64,000 nucleotides of DNA from Acutalibacter sp. (lineage in GTDB: Bacteria; Bacillota; Clostridia; Oscillospirales; Acutalibacteraceae): assembly GCA_020025775.1 (NCBI GenBank), contig JAHHRN010000006.1:55475-119474 (forward strand). Direction: 5' to 3'. Below, piece after piece: positions 16,701 to 24,869 of the stretch (position 1 is the stretch's first letter; every line of letters begins with the position of its first letter). The notes under the pieces are model-generated. The model saw only the letters and a list, made by a program, of their open reading frames with translations, made no database searches and had not been told where the DNA came from. The position numbers and the translations under genes are program-made.

Positions 16701-19699
16701 TTTACCTTATAGGATTGATTGGTGATTTTGGTTTCTGTGGGCTGTAAATTGAAGCTCGGGGTTACATCGTCACGCTTTACGGTATAGCCCTCGGTAAAGG
16801 CGCTCTCTATGCCCTTGCTGTTAACCGCTTTAAAATAATAGGTATCTTCTGTGTTGGTATTCACTATAAGCGAATTATCCTGCATTAAAACGGGATTCGG
16901 ATTGGAATCGGTTTTATAGTAATACTGCACGCCCTCTAAAGGGTGGGTGGCAGAAAGGGTGAAGCGAATATCCTTAGCTGTCCATGCGCCGTCATAGGCG
17001 TTGGTGTCGACGCTCACAACCGGCACGCCATAGACAATGACGGGGAAGCTTGCCGAAGCACTGCGACCGGCGTGGGTATAGGTTACGGTGATTTGCTGTT
17101 CCACATCCAAAAGCGTGGGGTCAAAATCCGCTTCGTTCACCACATAGCTAGTTACGTATTCCGGCTCGGCATTGGCATAGTTTGCCTTGACCTTTAAGCC
17201 GGTCAGATTCAGCTCTGTGTCGCCCTCGCGATATTCATACTGCGGGGCTTCCAGCTCAATGCCGGTAACCTCTTTCGATTTTACCGTAATCTCAAACACA
17301 GCATTGTAATTCTTGCCGGCACGGTTTACGGTAACAAGAATATATTGTTTTTGGTCTAAAAGATTGTTGTTGACCTCGCTCACGGTGTAATCCGTTACGG
17401 GAACGGTCAATTCCTCTTCGGTGTAGGCATTGGCAATTTCTTCGCCGTAATAGCGGGCAATATCGTTGCGATTGTAGGTCAATTTAACTTCCATACCCGT
17501 TAAATCCAATTCCGTATTGCCTTCCACATATTCCTTTTTGGTAGGCGGTGTAAGGGTAATGGATTCGGGTTCGATTTCCACAACCGTAACCTCTTTTTTA
17601 AGGTCCTGATACGTGGTCAATAAGTTTGCCATATAGGTATAAATGGTAGTTTTACCTGCCTGTAAGCCGACGAGCTTACCGGTCGATGCTGAGCCGTCTA
17701 CAGGGGCTTGCACCTCGGCAATGGAGTTTTTCATATTGCCCTTGAATTTATTGAGCAGGTTGTCACTACCCATATAAATGCCGGAATCCCACGGTGCGGC
17801 CTCACCGCCCTCGGGAGTTTCCTTGCTCACGCCCCAGTACTGTCTCGAAATGGAAACATTCACAGGGGTGTGCATGGCAGAGTAGGTAACGGGGAAATCT
17901 TTAATGATATAGTCGGGGCCTAAAATACTGCCGCCGGTGTAGGTCTGAATGAGGGCTTTTTTAACCTTGATTTCCACGCTTTTTGAAATACCGCCTATGG
18001 TTACGGTAACGGTGGTTGTCTTCGGATGTAAGAGTGTGCCGTCCTTACCGTCTAAGCCGGTGACAAGACCGGTTTGCGACACGTGTGCTAAGCTAGGGTC
18101 GCCAATCGTCCAAACCGCGGTATCTAAAATTGCCTGGTCATAGTCCTGCGGCATAATATTGGAAATTGAGAGCTGAATGGTTTTGCCTGCCGTCACTTCC
18201 GTTTTACCTGTAATTTGGAAGTCGGTAATGGCCTTGCCTATCGTAATATCTTTTCTGGTTTCTATATTTTTACCATTATAAGAGGCTCTTGCCGCTAAGG
18301 TCACCTGACCGCTGGCGAGTGCCTGTACAGAGCCTGCCGCATCTACGCTGACAAAGGTGTTTTTTGCCGGTGCATCGGCAGAAGCCCAAACCACTTCGCC
18401 GGTTTCGCGGTTCACAAGACCCCATTCGCGCAGAACGGATTTATTTTCGTTAAGTCTTGCCGGTGTAACCACCGCTTTATACTGTGCAGAGCTGCCTACG
18501 GCTAAAGCATCCGCACCTTCAATGTTTACGGCAGATATATCGCCGTTTAAGCCTGCACGGGAAACCTTAACGTTTACAGTTTTGGAAACCTTACCGATTG
18601 TGGCGGTAATCCCTGTGGTTTTGGAATATTCTAAATAGCCGTTGCCGCCGTCTAAACCGGTGACAAGGCCGCTTTGGTCAACAAGTGCAATAGAGGGGTC
18701 GGCAGTGGACCAAACCACATTGCCTGCATAAGCACCTGCCGGCTGTACATTGGCAACCGCAAGCTGTGTGGTTGCACCCTCTTTGACATCCATTGTGCCG
18801 ACAACATCAAAGGATTCGACCGGCAAATCCTCTTGTGCTTTAACCTGGAATGTAATGGAGCTTGTCACCGCTAAATCCTGTGCGGAAGCTACACGAACCG
18901 TAACTTCACCAGGCGCGGTAAAGGTCACTAAGCCGTCTGCAGTAACAGTGGCACGGTTTCTGCCGCCCAAAGCAATCGACCATTTGAGGCCGTGCTTTAA
19001 ACGCACGGGGGTAATTGCGCCGCGCAGCTGCACCGAGGTACCGACCGCTACGGTGGTAGGCACAACCTTACGGTTGGTAATATGTGCGCCGGTCGGAATC
19101 GCATCAGCGAACAGATGCTTTTCGACAACAAACTCTACCGTATCGGAAGCAAGCTCTTGACCATCTGCATCGTAGAGTGTGGCGGTAATTTCGACGTTCA
19201 TATTGTCTAAGGCTTTTTTGAGGCTGTCTGCCAATGTATCACCGGCAATACCTCGAACAATCGCGACAATGAGGTCGTTATTCATATTATCCAAATCGAC
19301 GGGCTGTTTTTTCAGTTCGTTCATAATGCCGTCTGCCATGGCATCACCGACGAGCGGCAAAATACGCACGTTCTCATCGAGCCAAAGCTGAATAATCGCC
19401 GTTTTGGAATAGTCATAGCCTTTGACCTTGCCGGTTTCATCGACCCCTGCCAAAAGCGGAAGATTACTCTCCCAGACAACGGTCGCGCCGGCAGGAAGTC
19501 CGCCGGGCACAGCATAAGCCAGCTGCACGGTGCTGTATTCCCGAATGGTCTGCCGCGTTGTAATCGGCGTGCCGTCCTCACTCGTAATGTCAATGCTTGC
19601 CCCGGCGCCGAAGCTTACAATGGTTGTCGGTGTTAAAACAGAAATTAACAAAACAACGGAAAGCAAAACGCTCAGGACCTTGTTGGTCGTTTGTTTCAT
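10754..19699 (-). CDS. Giant (2981 aa) sortase-anchored Ig-like-repeat surface protein (adhesin-like)
   Basis: Signal peptide MKQTTNKVLSVLLSVVLLISVL. Several Big_2-like domains in residues ~200-700 (e.g. VTGLDGG...ATIGKVSKTVNVKV). Two Ig-like units with ...TELDLTGMEVKLTYN. Five super-repeats. P/T/E/Q/K linker. IIPQTGG (PQTGG at nt 10850-10864) plus TM and KKKKNNNED. Confidence 0.9.
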   Translation of the reverse strand: MKQTTNKVLSVLLSVVLLISVLTPTTIVSFGAGASIDITSEDGTPITTRQTIREYSTVQLAYAVPGGLPAGATVVWESNLPLLAGVDETGKVKGYDYSKTAIIQLWLDENVRILPLVGDAMADGIMNELKKQPVDLDNMNNDLIVAIVRGIAGDTLADSLKKALDNMNVEITATLYDADGQELASDTVEFVVEKHLFADAIPTGAHITNRKVVPTTVAVGTSVQLRGAITPVRLKHGLKWSIALGGRNRATVTADGLVTFTAPGEVTVRVASAQDLAVTSSITFQVKAQEDLPVESFDVVGTMDVKEGATTQLAVANVQPAGAYAGNVVWSTADPSIALVDQSGLVTGLDGGNGYLEYSKTTGITATIGKVSKTVNVKVSRAGLNGDISAVNIEGADALAVGSSAQYKAVVTPARLNENKSVLREWGLVNRETGEVVWASADAPAKNTFVSVDAAGSVQALASGQVTLAARASYNGKNIETRKDITIGKAITDFQITGKTEVTAGKTIQLSISNIMPQDYDQAILDTAVWTIGDPSLAHVSQTGLVTGLDGKDGTLLHPKTTTVTVTIGGISKSVEIKVKKALIQTYTGGSILGPDYIIKDFPVTYSAMHTPVNVSISRQYWGVSKETPEGGEAAPWDSGIYMGSDNLLNKFKGNMKNSIAEVQAPVDGSASTGKLVGLQAGKTTIYTYMANLLTTYQDLKKEVTVVEIEPESITLTPPTKKEYVEGNTELDLTGMEVKLTYNRNDIARYYGEEIANAYTEEELTVPVTDYTVSEVNNNLLDQKQYILVTVNRAGKNYNAVFEITVKSKEVTGIELEAPQYEYREGDTELNLTGLKVKANYANAEPEYVTSYVVNEADFDPTLLDVEQQITVTYTHAGRSASASFPVIVYGVPVVSVDTNAYDGAWTAKDIRFTLSATHPLEGVQYYYKTDSNPNPVLMQDNSLIVNTNTEDTYYFKAVNSKGIESAFTEGYTVKRDDVTPSFNLQPTETKITNQSYKVNLTDLTIGASGVQSVTLNGADITATPDGFLVEENSDYTVVLTAKNGLSCTKTLTVSNIDKEAPTVLSVSIANKEDGAFARFLDKITFGLFFNQKVEVTITAEDKGVAGLDRIEYRFLDENGQPLKETWETYSDAHKPTQDVNFKGYVEARAVDKATNVSDVLRSDGYVIDTVNPTDVAVTASYQDAPYTAGTWVAGDVQITLNSTAFSDIYEYQYRMDGGAWQSLEGNTFTATEIGAHTYEFKAISYSTLESALSKVEVKIDRQTPVIRVDFEGTFGKWTGDGVKFSLRTEEPSLSGVDYYYDNGNGWTLITTGATIEINENVNATYRFKAVNHAGTESYPSDSYKVMNDTELPNILLTPQVTEATTEPYAVGVEVTTGASGLKSLLLNGVDITGQTSVTVSKNGTYVFTALGQNGKIYSKTLEVQNFYTPVLEITAIDFGAPARVLPNEFGSYYAAEPQITITANSTGAAPIEKIEYRLLDSSGKELAPWAEYQSNEKPTVAAPFTGYVEARVYDANGNVSLPSRSKGITVDTALPTVPTVTTVHNGKAYDGSWVAGDVTFSLSSTAYSGIFAYFYQMDGGEWLPMTDNTLQVHSDGVHRYAFKAVSNATLESEIAGAEVQIENAAPALQVGIEGTIGSPTNAPVTFTLAAPNVLSGVQYYYSVGADWMPMGSNTLTVTENGTKTYRFKAVNLAGVESFESPSYPVQMDTSLDSIERKPSILVLPSGTIGDFTDKPVTFSLFSEGTKGDVTYYYNDGTGFKALAGNILTLNQDTNADYTFKVVDSTGRESSVTPAFNVKIDTDSPELLVTPSTTVFTNQDVQLQITVKGVAQDAIESVLMNGKDITAQNVVNVSENGTYHFVLTTVNGKTAAASVEIQNIDKAAPYVYDTAVSALAGKTELLVKYRDEGNAGVLRAEYQTVTADGVESAWKPFTGVSTDANGDTQFTPLVIDYDFSGSVFVRLTDNAGNSSEKVQVAENLVVEHTALSTVKVQATANGAPYAAESWSKQNVLLTFSANAYSGIAQYLVKCDDGAWMPSNGSYTVETAGRHTVYVKAVSNQGNESAVTSFKVNIDKESPVLKVNVQGTVNEWTTSDVQFSLSASALSDVTYYCTDGVSEIKLPDGVFTASEEGDRTYSFYAVNAAGEKSEVYTYNVKIDKAAPTLQFEQTETKPVNHAYAVSVKAEAGVSGVASVTVNNAPITDGKFIATQNGVYTVTVTANNGLTKTECVEITNIDTQKPIVTGIYFEKTNASAFKQFLHKLTFGNLFDSAIEISVDAFDYGLGIQTVEYRLLNENGEPVSDWTAYDAAHKPTIETEYKGFVEARATDVAENSSEVFTSAAVTVDTSAPTPVELKAKSNGKTYTPSAWTADSVTLELSSTAFSEIDHYAYRVDGGEWISLSGNSLTVDRSGDFLYSFKAVSKTNAESEVKTMHICIDKEAPVLTVERSGGENGFTAENVTFTLSASALSGVTYYYSDNGITYKKLEGSVLTLSENQEKNYTFKAVSGAGVKSEISAPQAVKIDKEAPQFTLEVSAQKPTNQPVKIQISGVKLGLSGIKSFTVNGTELESHKAFIAEQNGTYVFTLTANNGRSTTKSVTVSNIDTEAPREVQATFTDANGNASSDSVYSHQAILTLSAADAETMEYRFVNADGSVADFGIWHTYKAEKKPVIQKDFKGYAEVRATDAAGNVSEIFKSAAVTVETTAPKLKLRALAGDEAYKAGKWSAVPVTLSLEAKAFTDVQYFYKVADGDWQKLPENTMILENIGAYDYSFKAVSASGLESEIETISVCIDTEKPEALILEAKAGETNISSGATVSSDVCLSFSSKAASGIAKYQYQLNDGAWKDLDGNTLKTNGDGTYHYRFRAVSESGLFSEESEFTVNVETTPVTPPTEPQEPSTKPEPQEPTTKPDAQKPATKPSKPQSEPQSEPTTEPEAQTVDGPVIIPQTGGKIAVGALTFSLLLAGGAVAVLSKKKKNNNED
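11047..17023 (-). repeat. Five diverged in-frame super-repeats (about 355-453 aa, 1.07-1.36 kb each) inside the adhesin gene
   Basis: The junction motif NID(K/T)xAP (degenerate NFYTPV in unit 2) recurs with its Asn codon at nt 16534, 15424, 14065, 13000 and 11899. Each unit repeats four module types, e.g. ...EYR(F/L)L(D/N)ENG...GYVEAR; ...DGG.W..L...Y.FKAVS; ...SGV.YYY...Y.FKAVN.AG.ES; ...NG..IT...NGTY.F. Confidence 0.85.
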
Positions 19700-19893
19700 A
19701 AAGAGCCCCCTATTTCTACCTAGGTTTTTGGTAAAATATATGCTTTTTTATTTTTTATTTCTATAAATGCGCATGTATAAAAATAGTACCACAAAACAGA
19801 GGCTGGGTCAATGAAATCTCCAGAAAAAAACATTGGATTTCGACATATTTTTCAATAGGTTTTTGTGCTTTTTTCAAGTCGTTTTTAAGAAGG

Positions 19894-19932
19894 GAAAAAA
19901 AGAACGGGCTGTGCGCTTTGGCACAACCCGTT
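19894..19932 (-). terminator. Intrinsic terminator downstream of recQ
   Basis: Minus strand reads AACGGGTTGTGC-CAAAGC-GCACAGCCCGTT followed by CTTTTTTTT (one mismatch in the stem). Confidence 0.65.
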
Positions 19933-19951
19933 TTCTGTTTCGGAAAAGACT

Positions 19952-21781
19952 TTATAAAACTGTTTTTTCATATTCTGCGATAGCTTCGAGAAATTTTTCG
20001 CCGTAGCGCTCGAGCTTTGCTTCGCCTACGCCCGAAACTTCCAGCATTTGCGCTTTGGTTTGCGGCTTTTTTTCGCACATATCGAGCAGTGTCGCATTGG
20101 AAAAAATGACGTAAGCCGGCACTTTTTCGGCAGTCGCGATTTCGGTTCTGAGCTGGCGCAAGGTTGTAAATAAATCTTCGTTACTCGTATCGCCGCCGAC
20201 GGCAGTGATTTTGTGTTTCTTCTTTTTCGGCACCTTTAAGCTAAGCTCCAAGCCGTTATATAAAATCTCTTTGGCACTTTGCTCCACACGCAGGGCAGGA
20301 TATTCGCCCCCTGTGGCACGGATATAGCCCTCTGAAATTAAATAATCTATTCTGTCGCGCACCTGCGTTTCTTTTAAATCCTTTAAAAGCCCATAGGTGG
20401 ATTGGTTTTGAAGATTAAAACTCAAAAGCTTTTTATTTTCACTGCCGCGCAGAATATCGCAAATCATTTTTGCGCCGAAGCGCTGCCCTGTGCGCAGAAT
20501 ACAGGAGAGAATTTTTTGCGCATCCACGGTAATATCCAACGTTTCAAATTCGGTTGAACAGTTCGAGCAGTTGCCGCAGTTCTGCGGCGATGCCTCTCCG
20601 AAATACTGTAAAATACTGTGGCGCAGGCAATCCCGACTTGTGGCATAAAAAGTCATTTTCTTGAGGCGCTCGCCCTCCTTGCGTATGGCATCCGCCTGCT
20701 GTTCGGGGGTTAAATCCGACTGCTCTTTCGCGTTATGTATCAGAAAATCGTGCAAACGAACATCCCGTGGACTATAAAGCAAGATGCACTCTGCCTTTTC
20801 GCCGTCGCGCCCTGCCCTGCCCGCTTCTTGATAATAGCTTTCTAAATCCTTCGGCATATTGTAATGAATCACGTAGCCGATATTGGATTTGTCGATGCCC
20901 ATACCGAAGGCGTTCGTTGCCACCATGACAGTTTTTTTATCGAAAGTAAAATCCTCTTGATTTTGTTTTCGTTCTTCATCTAAAAGCCCGGCATGATAGC
21001 GTGTCGCCGCAAAGCCGTGGGCATTTAAAAGGTCGCAAACCTCTTCCACATTTTTGCGGGTAGCGCAATAGACGATGCCGGATTTTTCTTTTCTCTGCGC
21101 CAAAAGCTCTAAAAGCTTTTGTTTTTTCGAGGTCGGGCGAAGCACCGAAAAATATAAATTCGGTCGGTCGAAGCCTGTGGTCGCCGTAAAGGGATCGCGC
21201 AGTTTTAAAATGGACTTTATATCTTCCTTAACTCTACCTGTCGCCGTTGCCGTGAATGCACCGACAATCGGGCGGCGCGGCAACTGTGCTATAAAATCGG
21301 GAATCTCGAGATAATGGGGTCTGAAATCCTGCCCCCACTGCGACACGCAGTGCGCCTCATCGACGGCAAGCATGGAAATCGGAATCTGCTGGCAGGCATT
21401 TATAAAACTTCGGCTGTCTAAGCGCTCGGGCGCAACATAAATAATTTTATATTTGCCCCTGCCGATATTATAAAGGGCGCGACTATACTGCTCGCGCGTT
21501 AAGGAGCTGTTGATATACGCCGCCGGAATGCCGGACTGCACCAAGGCGTGCACCTGGTCCTTCATGAGAGAAATCAGCGGCGAGACAACGAGCGTTACAC
21601 CTGGAAAAAGCAGAGCCGGAATTTGATAGCAAAGGGATTTGCCGGCACCGGTGGGCATTACGCCCAAAACATCTCTACCCGAGAGAACGGCGTCAATCAT
21701 TTCCTCCTGCCCACGGCGAAATGCCGTGTAGCCGAAGTATTTTTTGAGCACATTATATTTTTCGCTTTTTCCGATTTGCAT
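19952..21781 (-). CDS. recQ: ATP-dependent DNA helicase RecQ
   Basis: FGYTAFRRGQEEMI, PTGAGKSLCYQIPA, VDEAHCVSQWGQDFRP (DEAH), a Zn-finger region CGNCSNC, and a C-terminal HRDC (LRQLRTEIA...VSGVGEAKLERYG). The ORF track opens at TTG 21841. I prefer ATG 21781 (MQIGKSEKYNVLKKYFGY); the start is uncertain. Confidence 0.9.
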   Translation of the reverse strand: MQIGKSEKYNVLKKYFGYTAFRRGQEEMIDAVLSGRDVLGVMPTGAGKSLCYQIPALLFPGVTLVVSPLISLMKDQVHALVQSGIPAAYINSSLTREQYSRALYNIGRGKYKIIYVAPERLDSRSFINACQQIPISMLAVDEAHCVSQWGQDFRPHYLEIPDFIAQLPRRPIVGAFTATATGRVKEDIKSILKLRDPFTATTGFDRPNLYFSVLRPTSKKQKLLELLAQRKEKSGIVYCATRKNVEEVCDLLNAHGFAATRYHAGLLDEERKQNQEDFTFDKKTVMVATNAFGMGIDKSNIGYVIHYNMPKDLESYYQEAGRAGRDGEKAECILLYSPRDVRLHDFLIHNAKEQSDLTPEQQADAIRKEGERLKKMTFYATSRDCLRHSILQYFGEASPQNCGNCSNCSTEFETLDITVDAQKILSCILRTGQRFGAKMICDILRGSENKKLLSFNLQNQSTYGLLKDLKETQVRDRIDYLISEGYIRATGGEYPALRVEQSAKEILYNGLELSLKVPKKKKHKITAVGGDTSNEDLFTTLRQLRTEIATAEKVPAYVIFSNATLLDMCEKKPQTKAQMLEVSGVGEAKLERYGEKFLEAIAEYEKTVL

Positions 21782-21981
21782 TCGATTCCAAGTCGCTTTC
21801 GTTTTAAAATTTCTACCCTGCATCATACCACAAGACGGCAAAATTTACAACACAGCATTTGCTGTTTTTGACCTTGTTTCTACGCGCAAGAAGCGTAAAA
21901 TACGGTTGCGAAAATGCTGAAAATATGGTAGTATTTGGGTATACTATCCGAAGAAAAACTTTAGATAAAGGAGAAACAATT

Positions 21982-22500
21982 ATGGACTTTTTAACACTTT
22001 CCGAACAGAGATATTCTTGCAGAAGTATGAGCGATAAAAAGGTTGCGCCCGAGCTTTTGGAAAAGATTATAAAAGCCGCTGTTTTGGCACCCACCGCGGT
22101 GGACACCCAGCCCTTTAAAATTTGGAATATGGCTTCCGAAAGTGCCAAAGAAGCCGTTCGCAGCTGCACAAGATTTTCTTTCGGCGCCGACACCTTTCTC
22201 GTTGTCGGCTATAATGAGGAGGAAGCTTGGACAAGAAAATATGACGGCAGAAATTTTGCCGATGTAGATGCTTCTATTGTAGCGACACACATGATGCTCG
22301 AAATCGAAGATTTGGGGCTTGCCACCACTTGGGTCGGTCATTTTAACGCACCGAAACTCAAAGAGCTTTGTCCGCAGATGCAGGGCTATGAGCTGATTGC
22401 GATTTTCCCGATTGGCTATGCCGCGGATAACGAGGAAGCTAAGCCCGCGCCGAAGCATTTCATCAGAAAAGACAAAGAGGAAATTTTAGAAACGCTGTAA
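21982..22500 (+). CDS. Nitroreductase-family (FMN) protein
   Basis: MDFLTLSEQRYSCRSMSDKKV...AAVLAPTAVDTQPFKIW, typical nitroreductase N-terminus. AAAGGAG RBS 8 nt before ATG 21982; the ORF-track start at 21859 is unlikely. Confidence 0.75.
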   Translation: MDFLTLSEQRYSCRSMSDKKVAPELLEKIIKAAVLAPTAVDTQPFKIWNMASESAKEAVRSCTRFSFGADTFLVVGYNEEEAWTRKYDGRNFADVDASIVATHMMLEIEDLGLATTWVGHFNAPKLKELCPQMQGYELIAIFPIGYAADNEEAKPAPKHFIRKDKEEILETL

Positions 22501-22531
22501 TGTGTCGTTTCTTTTTTTAAGAGGCAAAAAC

Positions 22532-24784
22532 ATGAAGCAAGATAAAATTCGCATTTTAGATGCAACACAAAACAACTTAAAGCATGTTTCGTTAGAAATT
22601 CCGAAGCATCAAATCACCGTGGTTACGGGTGTTTCGGGTTCAGGCAAAAGCTCTTTAGTGCTCGACACGATTGCCGCGCAATCCCGCAGAGAGCTGAACG
22701 ACACTTTCCCCAGCTTTGCCCAACGATATTTGCCGAAATACGGCAGACCCCATGTCGGGCGGATTGAAAACTTACCGCCTGCCATTGTGATTGACCAAAA
22801 GAAGCCCTCGGCGCAGGTGCGCTCCACAGTCGGTACGTACACGGATACCTATTCGCTTTTGCGCCTTTTATTTTCCCGTGTCGGCGAACCGTTTGTGGGC
22901 TACTCCGATTCGTTTTCGTTCAATCATCCGCAGGGCAGATGTCCGCGCTGTGACGGTCTGGGTGAAATTACGGAAATTGACGTGCACAAGCTCGTGGACT
23001 TCGATAAGTGCCTCAATGACCCCGGCGTAATTCGCTATGTGGCGTTTGAACCCGGTCAGTGGCGCTGGCTCTATTACGGCGCTTGCGGTCTATTTGACAA
23101 CAACAAAAAAATTCGCGACTACACCCCCGAGGAGCTGGAGCTTTTCCTCTATCAAGAGCCGATGAAGCTCAAAAATCCGCCGCCGGATTACTATAAAACG
23201 GCAACCTATGAGGGCTTAATGTACCGCATGAATCGTATGCTCAAGCGGGACGATGCCAAGGTGCACTGGAAAAAGCTCGAGCCGCTCGTGGAGCAGGGCG
23301 TTTGTCCAGAATGTCACGGTGCAAGGCTCAATCCCACGATTCTTTCCTGCAAAATCGGCGGCAAAAATATTGCAGAAATCACCTCCATGCCGCTTCGCGA
23401 GGTACTTTCGTGGCTCGCTGCCATTGAAAATCCCATTGCGGTGGATATGGTACACGCCTTAAAGAGCCGCATCACGGCACTCATTGACATCGGTCTGGAC
23501 TACCTCACCTTAGACCGCTCCATGGGCACGCTCTCGGGCGGCGAAGCACAGCGCTGTAAAATCGCGAAATACAATAACTCCTCCCTTTCGGATTTGCTCT
23601 ATGTACTGGACGAGCCGAGTGTTGGTTTGCACAGCCACGATATTCACAGGCTCAGCGAGGCGGTTGTAGAGCTTCGTGACCGCGGCAACACCGTGCTCAT
23701 GGTCGAGCATCACAAGGAAATGATGGAAATTGCCGACCACATTGTGGATATGGGTCCCGGCGCCGGTATTTACGGCGGTGAAGTTCTTTTTGAGGGCACG
23801 TATGATGCGCTCACAAAGGGGGATACTTTAACCGGTCAGCTTTTAAGGAAGCACAGCGGTTTAAAAGAAAATCTGCGCGAGCCGAAGGACTGGTTCTCGC
23901 TCGAGCATTTACATTTACACAACTTAAACGATGTTTCAGTAAAACTGCCGAAGGGTGTATTCACCGTCATTGCCGGTGTGGCAGGTTCGGGCAAAAGTTC
24001 CCTTATGGAAGCCTTTGTGAAAGCCGCCGATGAAGAAGTCACCCTCATCAGTCAAAAGAACATCGGCATCAGCCTGCGCTCGACACCGGCGACCTATATG
24101 GGTGCGGCAGACAGCATCCGTCGCCTGTTCGCGAAAGAAAGCGGGCAAAAGGTCGGGATGTTCTCCTTTAACGGTGCAGGTGCGTGCCCGGTTTGCGAGG
24201 GTAAGGGCATTATTGTTTCGGAAATGGCGTTTATGGATTCCGTTGAAACCGTTTGCGAAGCCTGCGGCGGTCTGCGTTATTCTAAAGAGGCTTTGCAATA
24301 CACGGTGGACAGCTTGAACATTGCCGAGGTTATGGATTTAACCATTCGGCAGGCACTTGAACGCTTCAGCGGTACGGAAATCGCGCAAAAGCTGCAGCCG
24401 CTTGCGGATGTCGGTCTGTTCTATCTGCATTTGAATCAGGCACTTTCCACCCTTTCGGGCGGCGAATTACAGCGCATGAAGCTCGCCTCGTATTTGGGCA
24501 AAAGCGGGCAAATCCTGATTTTGGACGAGCCGACAGACGGCTTGCATCTGCGCGATGTTGAGCAGATTATTGCCCTTTTTGACAGCCTTGTGGCAAAGGG
24601 TAACTCCGTCTTTTTGATTGAGCATAATTTAGAGGTCTTAAAGGCCGCGGATTATGTTGTTGAAATTGGCCCGGGTGGCGGTGCGGAGGGCGGCAACGTG
24701 ATTTTCACGGGTACACCCAAGGAAATGCTCACTTCTTCGCAGTCGGTAACAGCGCCTTATTTAAAAAAATCCATCCAAAAGTAA
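22532..24784 (+). CDS. UvrA-like ABC ATPase (short UvrA paralogue of about 750 aa)
   Basis: RILDATQNNLKHVSLEIPKHQITVVTGVSGSGKSSL. Zn modules CPRCDGLG, CPECHGARL and CPVCEGKG...CEACGG. Two LSGGE signatures. About 190 aa shorter than canonical UvrA. Confidence 0.8.
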   Translation: MKQDKIRILDATQNNLKHVSLEIPKHQITVVTGVSGSGKSSLVLDTIAAQSRRELNDTFPSFAQRYLPKYGRPHVGRIENLPPAIVIDQKKPSAQVRSTVGTYTDTYSLLRLLFSRVGEPFVGYSDSFSFNHPQGRCPRCDGLGEITEIDVHKLVDFDKCLNDPGVIRYVAFEPGQWRWLYYGACGLFDNNKKIRDYTPEELELFLYQEPMKLKNPPPDYYKTATYEGLMYRMNRMLKRDDAKVHWKKLEPLVEQGVCPECHGARLNPTILSCKIGGKNIAEITSMPLREVLSWLAAIENPIAVDMVHALKSRITALIDIGLDYLTLDRSMGTLSGGEAQRCKIAKYNNSSLSDLLYVLDEPSVGLHSHDIHRLSEAVVELRDRGNTVLMVEHHKEMMEIADHIVDMGPGAGIYGGEVLFEGTYDALTKGDTLTGQLLRKHSGLKENLREPKDWFSLEHLHLHNLNDVSVKLPKGVFTVIAGVAGSGKSSLMEAFVKAADEEVTLISQKNIGISLRSTPATYMGAADSIRRLFAKESGQKVGMFSFNGAGACPVCEGKGIIVSEMAFMDSVETVCEACGGLRYSKEALQYTVDSLNIAEVMDLTIRQALERFSGTEIAQKLQPLADVGLFYLHLNQALSTLSGGELQRMKLASYLGKSGQILILDEPTDGLHLRDVEQIIALFDSLVAKGNSVFLIEHNLEVLKAADYVVEIGPGGGAEGGNVIFTGTPKEMLTSSQSVTAPYLKKSIQK

Positions 24785-24791
24785 AAAAGCA

Positions 24792-24820
24792 TTTACAAAT
24801 GGAAAAGGATACTGTATAAT
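24792..24820 (+). promoter_or_regulatory. Candidate sigma-A promoter
   Basis: TTTACA (24792-24797), a 17-nt spacer, then TATAAT (24815-24820), directly after the UvrA-like stop. Confidence 0.5.
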
Positions 24821-24869
24821 AAAAATTCGGGAATGAAGTACTCCCCTGGGAAACCTAAACCGCTTTTTA

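Noticed and set aside
11047-17023. Considered whether the ~1.1-kb periodic DNA could be a CRISPR array, satellite or mobile repeat
   Set aside because: The repeats are in-frame, diverged protein-domain cassettes with no spacer/repeat architecture, so they are not CRISPR. No CRISPR-like short direct repeats were seen anywhere in the window.
10859-19766. About 25 plus-strand ORFs (up to 239 aa, e.g. 13673-14392) and short minus-strand alternative-frame ORFs within the adhesin gene
   Set aside because: A single uninterrupted 2981-codon frame with a signal peptide, Ig repeats and a sorting signal explains the region. The others are compositional artefacts of a repetitive, Thr/Val/Gly-rich gene.
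9024-19950. Possible integrated island at tRNA-Ser (AT-richer MATE-like gene plus giant adhesin directly downstream of a tRNA)
   Set aside because: There is no integrase, no excisionase and no direct repeat of the tRNA 3' end that I could find downstream. The adhesin has host-like composition. Evidence is insufficient for a mobile element.
21813-22458. Minus-strand ORFs 21813-22193 and 21991-22458 opposite the nitroreductase gene
   Set aside because: They have no motifs and overlap a well-supported plus-strand gene with an RBS. The upstream part lies in the recQ/nitroreductase divergent promoter region.
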